Position numbers and translations under genes: made by a program
Notes under the pieces: model-generated
The model's database searches: none
What the model saw: the letters and a program-made list of their open reading frames with translations, nothing else
Told to the model about the DNA's origin: nothing
Origin: Podarcis filfolensis
Lineage: Eukaryota
Direction: 5' to 3' (one strand)
Assembly (NCBI GenBank): GCA_964270895.1
Contig: OZ185436.1
Length of the DNA stretch: 64,000 bases
Shown here: positions 1-12,451 of the stretch, piece by piece
Numbering within the stretch: the stretch's first letter is position 1
How the letters are laid out: each line of letters starts with the position of its first letter

Positions 1-824
1 TCCTTTGTAATAGTTCAGACACTTTATGAATGACCCTAGTGTATACACATAGTAAACCTGATCAAATGGCCCTTTAAATAAATGTTTCCATCATTAACAG
101 AAGCCTGACAGACAGAAATTTACCAGATGAAGCTTTTCCTGGCATGGAGACACAAGTAGTGAGGGCAATAAATCACCTGTTTAATTTCTGGTTTTCGGTG
201 TTGGGCTGTTAAAGGCACAAGTACTGGGCTAACCGGCAACCATAACCATCAGCCAAAATTCTTATGGCACATTAGCCAAAGCACCTTCTCCCATCCTCTA
301 GAAATAGATTAAAACCAAACTCTGCATGGTAACATACATAGAGCTTTAAGGAAAACTTTATCAGAAGTTGAATGAGCCACATGGTCACTGAAAGCTGCAT
401 TTCCCTCACACCACCAGGCATGCATGTCATGTCCTGATCTTGAGATGGCTTCTGTTAGGAGGATTGGCTTTATAAAGTTTTAAGACCTGCCTGCAGTTAA
501 TTTTGTCGCTTGATCTATACTGCAATAATTTTTGTATTGCAATTGCATTTTTATTGTTTATTTTGTATTTCAACGTACTCTTGCCTAGAGAACTTTGGTT
601 ATGTAGCAGCACAGAAGCATCAAGAAAGTCCCTTCACTGACAGGACTATGGTGGCTGAATCATAGGTGATAATATCCTGTTCTCTGTGAGTCTGTTACAA
701 GTAAATGAGGGTTATATAGTACACCAATATCAGGGACACATTATGCCTCTGAATACTAGTGCTCTCATGTCCTGCTTATAGCCCTCCCAAAGACATCTAG
801 TAGGCTACTAGGAGAAAGGATGCT

Positions 825-972
825 AGAACATACCATGCATTTAAAGTACATTTTCCCACCCCCAAATCCTGAGAACTACAGTTTGTCCCTCAGAGCTCCA
901 ATTCCAAGTAACCTTAACTAACTACAGTTCCCAGTATTCCAGGGTGCTTAAAATGTATTGTGTGTACATTGT
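825..972. mobile_element. Degenerate non-autonomous DNA transposon (PIF/Harbinger-like MITE) with internal AACTACAGTT(C)CCAG repeats
   Basis: Imperfect inverted ends (CATACCATGCATTTAAAGTACA ... TGCTTAAAATGTATTGTGTG) and two AACTACAGTT motifs, resembling an abundant lizard MITE. Family assignment is from memory. Confidence 0.5.
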
Positions 973-1059
973 CCAAATGGGCCTTTGGTTTGTTCTAGCA
1001 GGGCTCTTCTTATCATCCATCTCAGGTGTCTCGGCATGACAACCTTGGGACATGAGAAG

Positions 1060-1256
1060 GGGAAGGGAAGCATTTCTTTCCCCTTTCCCCGGGGATCCAT
1101 AGTTCTGAGAGACATGTTTGGAGCACTAGCCAACAATTCTGAGTGACCTCATCAAACTACAATTCCAAGAAATGTTGTGGGGAAGCCATGTCAAATGTTA
1201 AAATCACATAAACCCAGATCAGATAAACCCTACATTTCTGTAGTGTAGATTCAGCT
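1060..1256. mobile_element. Second degenerate Harbinger-like MITE copy
   Basis: AAACTACAATTCC..GGGGAAGCCATG core. It ends in TGTAGTGTAGATTCAGC, the reverse complement of a GCTGAATCTACACTA-type TIR. Confidence 0.45.
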
Positions 1257-1641
1257 GGAGTGAGGGATGTGTTTCCTTTCCTTTGGAGGAAGGAAAAACA
1301 TTATGCACATCCTCTGAGAAACGTACATGTTTATTACTTAAAATATCCATGCGTTACTGAGTTGGGTCCTGCCTGGGGAGCCCGAGATAAGGACTTGTTG
1401 TACCCACATTTTTTTCCTCCCATCTGATTACTAGGACATGCTCTATGACAACACTTTGTAACCACCGGCTGGACTCTGTCCAGGCTTCCTTTTCGCGTGT
1501 GAGTGTCCCATAATAATAAGCAGCCAGGCTGCAGGGTCAATCCATAATGAAGAGTTTCCATTGGTGAAAACTGAATCGTTTAGGGGAGCAATGGAGAAAA
1601 GGGCGGCGCGGTGAGAGGAGAGAAGCGGCTCCACTAGCCAG

Positions 1642-1658
1642 TGACCTCTGAGTGCCCT
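1642..1658 (-). promoter_or_regulatory. Candidate DR5 retinoic acid response element
   Basis: Minus strand reads AGGGCA-CTCAG-AGGTCA: one perfect and one single-mismatch half-site, 5-nt spacer, within a CpG-containing non-repetitive patch. Confidence 0.45.
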
Positions 1659-2321
1659 CACTTAACGAATTCAGATAGACAAAGCCATAGACTTGTGCGT
1701 GTGTGTGTGTGTGTGTGTGGCTGCAGTACAACTGACCTGAAGGATAACATTTAAGGAGACTGACCGGAGCTTTTACTAGTGACAGCTCAGCAGCCCAAAC
1801 TAAAGAGAAAGAATGAAGTCTTGCTAAAATTTGGAGCGAAGGAAGGAACTGTTTTGAATGCATGCCTCCAAGAAAGGTTGCAGCACTGTTAAGTGTCGTC
1901 TTGTGCTGGCCTTGCTCCAAGGCGTCGTTCATTCCCAACCTTTGTCCTACCACAAATCGGCAGGCCTTAGTAATCAAAACCCTATTCCGCAATGCTCAGG
2001 GGTGGAGAACGAACACAAAAGGACAGCAAGTAGAGGCGCCATTTAAGGAAAGTGATGATCGTCCTTCCCGGCGCCCCCCTCTACTCTGACCCGTAATTCA
2101 GGCCACGTATGATTATTCTTGAAAAACACATTCCCCCCCCCCACACCCCTCACTCCACGAAGAGGTAGCCATGTTAGCCTGCTGCGGCACCTTGCATCCG
2201 ATAGCATAGATCGTGCACTCTAACCCACGAAAGCTTTGCCATGATAAATTTGCTAGTCTTGTAAGTTGCTTCAAGACTCGTCGTTGTGTTAACCTATATT
2301 TTCTCCCGTAGGAAAAATAAG

Positions 2322-2359
<38 letters not shown>

Positions 2360-3306
2360 GAGAGGGGGGGAGAGACCACCTTTATCCAACACTTATGTTC
2401 TATTTTTTATGACCTATAGTTAAAACAATTAAGTGACTCAAATGACAACGGCTCCTAATACCTCTTTGTGAACACATATGGTTGTATCGCAGCATTCATG
2501 CTCCTTCGTCTTGGATGCATCCAAGAGCCGTTGGTCCTTCCTGGGTCCTGTCCCCATCCGCCCTACTCTGAAATCACATCCCTGGTAGAAAGGACAGGAG
2601 CTTCCAATGAAGGGCAAGCCTTTGCTGGTGTTATTGATGCCCCAAATGTAGATACAATCAATCAATGAGCTCCACTGAAGTACATGGTGCTGTTTGGAGG
2701 AGGGGTGGCTCCTAGCGCCTTCCCCGTCCTTCCCTGCCTACACAGGCTTGCGAGATTCTGACGAAAGAAAATTGTGGCCTCTCCAGACGAGAATTCATCA
2801 GTCTGGAACGTAGCCCTCAGGTGAAACTCGTCTGCCAGCTCCACCAACCACCTCCCCCTTTTTCTTTCCCTAAAAAAGCTTTTGGCTTTGGGGTTCCTTC
2901 CGGAGGTTAGTGGGTGGAGCTCAGCCTCAACCTACTGAGAACATGGGAGTTCCGAAGACGTTTAAGCAAGAATTTCTTTCCTCCAACACCCCAACCGGAG
3001 AAGTTCAGAAGCTCAAAGTTATCAGCCATGGATTTTCAGCGTGGAGGAGTACAAAAATAAATAAATCCATGGCTAATATTAACATCCATATTTGTGAGGG
3101 AGTGCAGTTGGCTACTGACCAATGAAAGATGGGCGCTCTGCACTTGCTCAGGCTCCAGGGCTGAGAGGCATATTCGTATGCTCCAGGGCTGAGGCCGGGC
3201 AATCCGGAAAACAGCAGCAATGCTATAGGTAGATGATCACAGTATTTTCTGTACAGTCCACTTTCTAAATATATCCAGAATAATCATTGTCTGTCTCTGT
3301 CCCTTA

Positions 3307-3415
3307 CAGCGCAATCCTGTCTTCCAGGTAAATGCATATACCTTAGTGTGTAGCACGGCTTGCAATGGATTTACTCCTATTTGAGTGAAACTAGAACTTC
3401 AGCCCCCTGATCTTT
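3307..3415. mobile_element. ~90-bp palindromic MITE family copy (degenerate)
   Basis: TTA|CAGCGCAATCC left end, TTCCAGGTAA motif and a degenerate central part. Confidence 0.5.
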
Positions 3416-4219
3416 AATAACGTATGCATTATTTTATGGTATAGGGTTGGTTGGACTTCAGAGACTCGGCTTCTCTTTCGCCCCCTCCCCACTCCTCAGA
3501 ACAGTTTATGGGTTATCTTTTTGCAGTTATTTGAGCTTTCTGGGTGCTTTGGTAACTCACGTCCCTTTTCTTGTTGGCATCTGATATAGTGAAAGACTTG
3601 CAAGTTTATGGATCTCAGAGTGGAGTGGGGAAAGGATAAACTAAATAAAGAATTCAGACCAGGTTATCTGTAAAAATAAGGAATGTTAAGTTAACGCTGC
3701 TAACATCCTGTTCTATGTTGAAGAAAGGAGAAAAATTGACAGAGAACGCCATTTTTTAGTCAATATTACAATCTATTGTGAAATCAAGGTCGGGTGCCAG
3801 ACATCAGTGTGGTCTCCGCCTGTCTCCACACAACCTCCGCCCCTCTTTTCTTCTTTTTCTAGCATCCCTCAAGTCTTTAACAGGGTGAGGGAAGGAGGTG
3901 GAGTAATCTGCACTTTCCTGGCCAAAGCAAATCTTTACAGTTGTAGTCATTGCAACGTGGAGATCTGCAATCTATCTCAACACACACAGACCTCCTATCA
4001 CTTTTGAAAATTCTTAGAAAGCATGGGCTGCAGCTTTGGTTACAATAGAGTCCAGGGTTTGACAGATCCTTTTCGACTTTGTAGCACTTTTCAATGAATC
4101 GCCGGTTGGCTTTAAACGCATTTGACACCCCCCCCCCAAAAAAAAGTCATGGGATTAAAGGTAGACATCCCCTAACAAGGGAAATCGCTGTCTAAAAAAA
4201 GAGGCCGGATCTTGTTCTT

Positions 4220-4411
4220 CGGTGAGGTAGTTGTGCGTGACACAACTGAAGCTCTACTCGGGGAGACTTGGGTTCAAATCCTCGCACAGCCACAAAATTT
4301 ACAAGACTCGTACTTTTCGAAAGCTTCTTGAGTGAGCTTGTGTCAGCCTAACCTACCTGATTAGATTGGTATGAGGATCAAAGGGGCCGACCATATACTT
4401 TGCCTTAAGCT
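4220..4411 (+). mobile_element. MIR/Ther-1-derived SINE (Squam3-like)
   Basis: B box GGTTCAAATCC at 4271-4281 after GGGAGACTTG, then TCAGCCTAACCTACCT...TGAGGATCAAA core. The same core occurs at 40438. Confidence 0.7.
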
Positions 4412-7400
4412 GTGCAATTGATTAAACTAAAACTCAAAGTGAAGACTTGCCCAAGGCCACTCCAAAGAGCTTTCTACCCCACCAGAAATCTGAAGCTACT
4501 TTATAACCCCAACCCCCTTGAGCTAACTCACAGCTCATCGGCTGACGAAACTGCAGCATCAATAGGATACCCGCGTGAGTGAAGGAGCCCTGACATATCA
4601 AACACTGCAGACAGAACTTTCAGTGGAGTCAGTCAACTGCTCCTAATTCGGAGTGGTGGTCCATGTGTATGATAGCGAAGTAGGCCTTTTGGGGCTGCCC
4701 CAAACTGACCCTCTCTTGTTACCACACTCGTCCCAAATCCCAGCTGGACGCCACTTGCCCTTGGCGTGACCCTGCCCAGAAATCGATATGGTGTCTCAGT
4801 CCAATGGAGTTGCTTAATTCATAAGAGAAGGCAAATAATTTAGTGGACAGAATAAGGGTTTTAGAAGAGTTCAGCAGTGCTAGATGACCGGTGGTCCATG
4901 TGACTAGTTCAGTATTGACCAGACCTCGATTTCAACCCAGATCTGTTCGATCAGGAGCACAAGCAGTGATATTTGGTCCAGAATCTATATCCTTAACTGA
5001 AGAGAAAACCCGATTCCCCACCCAATCCGCTTAACATGCACCTTATCCGCAACATTATTACTAGGTTTTTCCCATGACAATCACTCAATGGGCGGTAAGT
5101 ATTGTATGGTGAAACTATCGTTACAATATTTGCATAGTCTAATACAAAGGTTGCCTGATGGTGTGGGTGGGTGTGTTTATACATATAGATTACATATATT
5201 TAGATAGGCCTCAAGACATTATTAATTTCTGCTATCCGTCGACCGGTGTATTAATTTGAACAAAGTCGCATAGAGTTACATTGCAGATTTAAACCATTTT
5301 CAAACCTCTTTAAAGTTAACTCCTCAAACTAAGGGGTCCTTAGAAACGATGCTATTTGGAGAAGTTCATAGCACCTGCAGCAGTGCAGTTCCTGGGAATC
5401 TTTGGGAGGTATCTTTGGTAAATGACTTTCAGATTGTTAACATTTGTTATGTAGATCCTCCAATGACTGCTAAGGGATGGGTGCGTTGGCCTCGACCGCG
5501 CATTTACCTGGAAGTAAGTATCCGGGCTGTCAACTGAAGTGAGCTCCGAGTGTGCTCATGCTTCAGATCTGAGACTGGATCCAGCAAAGCGCGTTTAAAT
5601 CCCAGCCTCTTCCCGGTACCTTTTGTATCTTATGTTACGACCAAAGAGGTGCTCTCAAAACACTGTAAAGCAAGCCTAACTCCTATTCAGCTCAGTGACA
5701 CGAACCTCCATAGGCTCTGGACGCAAGGATCCTGGAGGCACCATGTGCTATTGATTTGAATGACATGCCTTTCCACTTACTGGAGGATGTGTGCAAATCC
5801 CATTAATTTCAACGGTACATAAACTTTGCACGGGTCTGGATTGCTCGCATTGCCAATAAAACAACACTGGTTAGGTGTGCCTCATACACACTCACCTTCC
5901 CATCCAAATCTCCAAACTGTGCCGATTTAATTTATTCTAGGCAAGCTAACCGATCTTCCTATCTCAGGTTCTTCCAAACACTAGGAGGCAAGTCCCCCAG
6001 AAATGTGTAGGGCTTACTTCGGCGTAAACGTGCGAGGAATCCGGGTATTCTACTTGAAAGGCCAGCAAAATGACTGTCGTGGAATACCGACTGCCATCGG
6101 AATAATAAAGCGATGGGTTTGTTGGTCTGTTTCCCCAGCCTTCAGCATTTGATGATCACCTCTGACTCTGTTCTGCGACCATATGCTAACGTGCAGTCTT
6201 GAGTTTTTCGAGGTAAAGACTGCATCAGCATCCTACATGCAGGCGGCATAGTTCAGGGGGCATGAATTTGAGGGTAGGAGACAAGGTTTCCTTGGGGCAC
6301 TAAGGGAATTTAACTGACATGAATAGTTATTTCTCTTGGCTTTTATCGCTGCCCATCTTTAGCTTGCTGGTCAAAACCGAGTGGGAGAGGACGACCGCGC
6401 TCAAACTCCTGCAGAGGGAATCACCTTTCACCAAAGCAGCGAAAACTGTAAAGTCAACTCGGAGATTGCTCACGAAGGGCTCGTATTTTTTCCTTTCCTT
6501 TTTTTTTTTTTTTAAGGACTCTCTGGCAGGTCGTCACAGAGAATCGCTGCCGGCTAATATCTGCAGCGAGTAACCAGCCAGAGACAGAAGAGAGGAAGAC
6601 CGAAGACAGATAAGTCCAAAAAAGACTAAAGATGAAGCAATAGCAAAAACGGGGGGCGGAGAGAAACTGGAAGGGTTTTTTTAAAAAACAAAAAAACAGG
6701 GCGAAGGACGGGTGTTCTCCCCATTTGGTGCGGGGAGAGTCTTCTTACAACGGCTGTGCCTAAAACCAGGCCGGATCCAGCTGCAAAGGTGTCTCCAGGT
6801 CAGCAGCACCCTCCTCCCGCCCCCTCTCTCTGCCCCCTTGGCTAGAAGTATGTGGGGCTCATCCGGACAAAAGGGTCAGGGAGTCGAAGAAGGATGAATG
6901 GCTTTTGAAAGATCCAGGCGGAACACGGACAAGCTGTTTCGTAACAAACGTCAGACGTGGCTGCTTGACCCGCAGAGACTAATAGGATTTTAGGAATGAA
7001 GAAGGAGCATTTCAGGAATGCCCACCCGCCCTTGTATCTCCTTGTTTCCCCCAGTCGGTCTGATCTGATAACACCCACTCTGTGTCTGTGTGGGAGGTAG
7101 TATCTTTAATGTAACAAGTTAGATTGTGGACGTGTGGTCTTCCCCGGCTTCACTGTTTAGAAGGAAGAAGAGCTGTTTCCCTCCCTCTCTTTCTCTCTTT
7201 TTCTCTTCACCCAAAAAGTCCCATGCCATCTATCTATCTATCTATCTATCTATCTCGATCGACCGATCTAAAAAGATATAGATAGACGCAGGCGCGCACA
7301 TAGCATAGCAATCGCACTCGCACAGGAAGGAAGGAAGAAGCATGTACAGGCCGTGCGATCGCAGGCCCTGGAGCTGTGCTTGATTCAGCACACCACGCGG

Positions 7401-7891
7401 AGGGGAAGGGGGGGCGAGTTTCTCTCTTCCCAAACATCTGCAGTCAGACATTTGATTTTTAGAGCTCGACTCTGCCAGACGTTCCCGAGGAGTCTTGCAA
7501 GGAATTCCCTCCACGGAACGTCACGCGATCCTTGCAAAACGTGGCCCAGTAAGTTTTCATAGGCACATCCTCCTGATGTCCGTGAGAACTTTTTGGGAAG
7601 AGGTGGCTAGAGGGGTGAAACTCCAGCCCACTGGATCCAAAGGCACTCGTGCCCAACTGGTACTCAGGACCACTGAGGTTGAATGGCACACAGGGAATGG
7701 GTTTGAACCTGGAACCCCTGGACACGGGAGAAAGTTAGTTCCAATGGCATTGGCTTCCTAGCAGTATTTATTTTTAAGTGAGGGGTTAAGGAGCAACTCT
7801 GGCCCATCCACACTGCGGAATTTTTGCCCTGGATTTTCTTCAAGTATGAATTGTTCTTTGCAGTCCTAGATCCAAGCAGAAGGGAAAAGAT

Positions 7892-8020
7892 AATTGGATA
7901 GCTCAGTTGGTTAGAGCCTAGTGCTGATAACACCAAAGTAGCTGGTCCTATCCCCCTATAGGACATCTGCATTGCAGGGGATTGGGCCAGATGATCCTTT
8001 CCAACTCCATGATTCTGTGA
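7892..8020 (+). mobile_element. tRNA-Ile-derived SINE with CR1-type 3' tail
   Basis: Head TAGCTCAGTTGGTTAGAGCCTAGTGCTGATAACACCAA is tRNA-Ile-like (A box intact, B box degenerate). It is fused to CTGCATTGCAGGGGATTGGGCCAGATGATCC-TTCCAACTCCATGATTCTGTGA, a CR1-like 3' end. Confidence 0.75.
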
Positions 8021-8424
8021 CATGTGGAGGGGAGACCCACGCCTTTGTGGAAGGGCCTTAAGGCTAGTTCACACAACCTATCACACATCATAGGACTGGT
8101 TCACTCAAAGTCTGAAACATCTGGTGTTGCCTCCTGTGTGTGAATGGCCACTATAGATATCACACGCCAAAGAGAACTTTCCCCATTCTCCCCAGGCTAC
8201 CTTAAACACAATACTTTTCAATAGTCAGTTCACACTTTCACTTACCATGTATCAGAAATGCATGCTAATCAAATGTTGATATAGTAGTACATGTAGGAAC
8301 CGCTTACATCTAAAAAAGTATGCCTCGGATTGTGGTGACAAGTGGTATCTATGGTTGTGATACCAGCTAGCAGTAACACACAGGCACAACAGAAAATGCA
8401 TGTTTGTGCCTTGCAGGCCTCTCT

Positions 8425-8898
8425 CAGGTAGACATACCTACTAGTACACCTGTTTGCTACCAGCTTAGGTTTAAGGTTTTAATATTAGCGTATAAGATCC
8501 TAAGCAGTTGGAGACCAGGTTACCAATGCAGATCTTCCCAGTTACGGAAATCATCATCAAAGGCCTTCCAGGTTGTGGCTCAGCCTGCAGATGGCCATCT
8601 GGCAACAACCAGCAAGAAGGCCTGTTCTGCATGGCATCCAAACTCTGGGATGGCCTCTCTCCAGAACTAAGGCAGCCACCAACATTGATACTCTCTAAAA
8701 TGTCCTTGTTGGCCTGGTTGTGGTCATTTCTTTGCTAAGCAGCTGTAGAATGCCAGGTATGCTTCCTGACTGACTGGGCTTGATGTAAATTGTATAGGTA
8801 TAGGTGCACGGACATTGCCTTTTATGATACTACTGTACACCTCCTTGAAATGCTGGCCTAACAGGTGATATATGCATATTTTAATAAATGAACAAATC
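8425..8898 (+). mobile_element. 5'-truncated, frameshifted L2-clade LINE 3' fragment
   Basis: Broken frames give VCYQLRFKVLILAYKIL..PGY and FCMASKLWDGLSPELRQPPTL, like the C-terminal ORF2 motifs of L2 LINEs. Ends in a TAATAAAT-type tail. Confidence 0.7.
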
Positions 8899-9809
8899 AA
8901 TCCAATCTAAAAATCAAAAGGAAGGAAGAATCACAAACAAGTTAGGGCTCTAATCATGTACAAATTAGCTGCAGCTCCCAATTTATTTTCATTTAGCAGG
9001 TTTATGCCCTCAGATATACACCTAGACGGTAGACACACAGGCATAAATGACCATCAGTGGAGATGCACACACACATATACAAATAGGCATCTGTACATTG
9101 AGACACAGACACTCTGGCACAATTACATCATGTCATACAAACATATCTATACCCTTTTGAGTTTGGGCACCTATGCTATGTAGTCAACAGTACCCACACA
9201 AATAGACCATGCTCCTCCAGCAATACTGAGCACACGGATTGATACATTTAAGCCGAAATTATTGGATCGATTTTAAAAAAATAATAAAAGTTTCCGTGGA
9301 TCCAGGCCAGGTACGCTAGATTTGTGGTGAAAACTACTGTAAAAATGGCGCGCACATACACAGGAGTGGAGACCTCTCACTTTTATCTTCTTCCCAGAGG
9401 TGGGTGGAAATAGCTTATGTGGAAAATATAGAGGAGGGTCCATTTTAAAATAATAACAGTAACTTAGAATATCTACTATCTCAATCAGGAAATGAGCTCA
9501 GGCAGGAAAAATTAGGCATTGAGAGAGTTTCACTCCCGCATTGACACCAAGCAACTTAAAATGCTTAAGTCAAGGAGGATCGTGTCCTGAGAAGACCCTA
9601 ACATAACGTCTGAAGAAACCCCAAATACACACGGCCTGATCCATCACGCTAAAAGTGCGGAATCCTGTCCTAAACACCGTAGAATCTCATAGGTTTCAAT
9701 GCCATCTAATAACCATCTTTCAGCCTCGTGTAAGTCAAGGTCCATGATCCTGCTCCATTCCAAGCAGGGAGAAGGACTACCCCAGTGCTAACCAAACCGA
9801 GTGGAACAA

Positions 9810-10020
9810 CCGCCTGCTTAGAAGCAAATCCCACCAAGTTTAGTGGGGCTTACTCCCAGGTAAAGCTGGTGTATGAGTCTAGCCTAAGCCTCGCTGGAAA
9901 GTAAAGGGGCGGTTTTTCCACAATACTCTGCTTCAAGATCCGGATGCACGCATACCCGGTAGTAAGTTCTCTGGAAATAAATGGGGTTACTTTCCAGGAA
10001 ACGTGTTAAGAGGACTGAGG
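9810..10020. mobile_element. Two adjacent copies of the ~90-bp palindromic MITE family
   Basis: AAATCCCACCAAGTTTAGTGGGGCTTACTCCCAGGTAA (~9825-9865) and AGTAAGTTCTCTGGAAATAAATGGGGTTACTTTCCAGGAAA (~9960-10000). Confidence 0.6.
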
Positions 10021-11086
10021 TGCAGAATGTCTGAAATCCGAGTTTGGGCTGGGAAACATCTATTATCCACGCTGAGGAGCGAATGCATGCAGCCATGGAT
10101 ACCGACAGGTAAACATACATAGACACACACCCGGCCCCACACAAATAACACAAACCTCTCGTGATTTATCTCCCCGTGAGCTATCCTGATGCGGATCCCC
10201 AGATTATTATTTTTCTACCCATTTTAGGAAGAAGTTGTCTCGTGCCCAGCAAGATGGTTTCCAGATAGAAGAGAACTGCTTACGTTTCAGAAACGCGCCT
10301 CTGTGCTTTTTGCCCTCGGAGAATAAACATTCTCACCACCACCACCCGAGAACGGCTGTATTTCTTCGGGTGTGGTTGGAGAATATCTAGTGGAAGGAAC
10401 CAACAAGGCGCTTTCTTAATAACAAGCCTGGAAAAGAGGGGTGGGGGTGGGAAGCTAAGGAGAGAGAACCGTGACCTTCTCCAGCGTTCCTCGGTCTGGT
10501 CCCATATAAATATATAGGGCAGGAGACTCTTCAGACCGATTTGCGTTCAGTGATCGTGCTGTTCAATATGTTTATATATTGCTTTCTACGTATTCTTTGC
10601 TAAGGTTTAAAGCCCTGGCCGTGATGCAACCTTTTTGTCGGTCCCGGAAATGTGGTGCGGCGGCGGGTAGATATTGTGTGTTTTCTGCAAGCGGCGCGAT
10701 CCACAATCCAGCTAAGCCGCAACATGAGGATTTTAATTAGTCAAACATTAATTACTCCTTGCCCCCCATCCACAGAAACCCCAAACCCCTCGATCTTTGC
10801 GTTAGGTTGAGGTCTACAATCCGGTTTAAAGAGGAAGCGAGAAACCAGGATTTAGGCTTTACTGAATTGTGGATCTGTGTGTCAAAAACTTTTATATCTA
10901 TCTATCTATCAATCTATCTATCTATACATACATACATACATACATACATACATACGCATGACCTTGTTCCTAACATTAAGAGCCGCGGTTAAACACCTTT
11001 TAAGTTTTATAGGGTCTCAGCGGGAGAAATCGATCCACTTGCCCCCCCTCCTCTTGAAATCACAGAGTTTTAAAAGCGAGTAAGAC

Positions 11087-11174
11087 GGCAACTCCTGTGC
11101 CCACTTACCCGGGAGTAAGCCTCTCTGAGTTCAGGGAGACTTACTTCTGAGTAGGCATACACAGGATTGCGCTG
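11087..11174. mobile_element. ~90-bp palindromic MITE family copy
   Basis: GCAACTCCTGTG..TTACCCGGGAGTAAGCCTCTCTGAGTTCAGGGAGACTTACTTCTGAGTA..CAGGATTGCGCTG, with nested inverted repeats. Confidence 0.75.
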
Positions 11175-12356
11175 CAAGGTACAATTGATTGAAGGTTGAG
11201 TCCAACTGAAGTCGACGGGACTTCAGAGTAGAAGTTCCTAGTATCGGCCCCTATTTCTGTCAGGGATCGTTCCCCTATCTATCCACCCCCCCCCCTTAGT
11301 AGTTAACGTCCCATTGAGGTTTATCAACAGGACAAAACTTCCATAACTTTGCCCCTCCGATTTCACAGAGCAACCTTTTCTTCCGAATAAGTCTCGCTTG
11401 GAATCGCAACCTCACTTCGCTTCTTCTGCTTCTGCTACCGGAGTGTCCCTTTCAAATTCACACGCAACCTTCCCGTCCACCCAACACCCCCTCCCCAATT
11501 ATTCTGGAAATAAACACTGCCAGCCATTAAAGACGTGTACAAACCAAGACTCCTTTTCATCCCCAGGATCTGAACCGCTTAGCACATTTCATTCTGCTCC
11601 CCTCCGAGATAGCGCCTGCTCCACGCAGAGCCAGGGGCTAATCCAGGCAACGCCATACCCAGAGATCGCTTTCAAGAGACAGGAGGAAGATATACGGTCG
11701 CTCGCAAAGGCCCTTGCAAAGAGAGCTGTTAACTTGGCACTTTTTTTAAAAAAAAAAAGCAAAAAGCTGCTGAATAAATTTTATGCAACTTTGAAGGCAG
11801 CTTTTGGATCTGTTCCTTTTGGAAGTTTTTACACAGAGGCAAATTCCCAAACGCAAAGCTTTAGAAAATGTAATGAAACCAAATGGAAACAAAATGCAAT
11901 TGCAATCACTACTTGTGGCGGGGGGGGGGAGAGAGAATCGCCTGAAAACTGCAATTTCTTAAACTGGGGAGACAAGTTGGCGATGACTATCCATAGCAGG
12001 CAGACAGATTACCATGTGTATTTTGAAGGGATCCAACCTAAATAACACACACACACACATTTCATGTGCTGCAGAAGACCCACAGAATGACCTGGCTGTT
12101 CCCTTGCAGTCTGACTCATGGCTGTTCGATGTACTTCAATAGGATTTAGGACTGAAGCCTTTAAAGACGACGCTATAGCTATCTAGTAAGCCGAATGCAA
12201 CCTTCAGGGAGACCAAGGACTTGCAGAACAGCCTGAGAGGAGACTTAGACTTTCATACCCATTTTAAATAATGTCACGTTTCTCATTACAAACCATTCAG
12301 AATGGTGGATTGGTATACCCTGCCCCAAACTTCCTTGGAGGTAAGTTCCAAGGGAT

Positions 12357-12451
12357 GCAGAGCCTGAGCCGATCCATGGTTACTCGGAAGTAAGACCCGC
12401 TGAGTTCAATGAGGGTCTTATTCCCAGGTTAAGGTGTCTAGGTTTGTAGGC
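12357..12451. mobile_element. ~90-bp palindromic MITE family copy
   Basis: TTACTCGGAAGTAAGACCCGCTGAGTTCAATGAGGGTCTTATTCCCAGGT core. Confidence 0.7.

Noticed and set aside
2029-2086. CTCF-like pair AGTAGAGGCGCC / GGCGCCCCCCTCTACT
   Set aside because: The G-run length is off by one in each copy relative to the CTCF core. It is only a loose inverted repeat.
7892-7965. Functional tRNA-Ile(GAT) gene
   Set aside because: The acceptor stem and B box are degenerate, and the head runs straight into a CR1-type tail. It is a SINE.
8062-8149. Small Harbinger-like element GGCTAGTTCACACA..TGTGTGAATGGCC
   Set aside because: Inverted ends are plausible but the flanks (TAA / ACT) do not form a TSD. Too weak to call.
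11398-12045. 215-aa plus-strand ORF
   Set aside because: It starts at TTG, has no recognisable domain, and runs through T/A and G homopolymer tracts. Likely a chance ORF.
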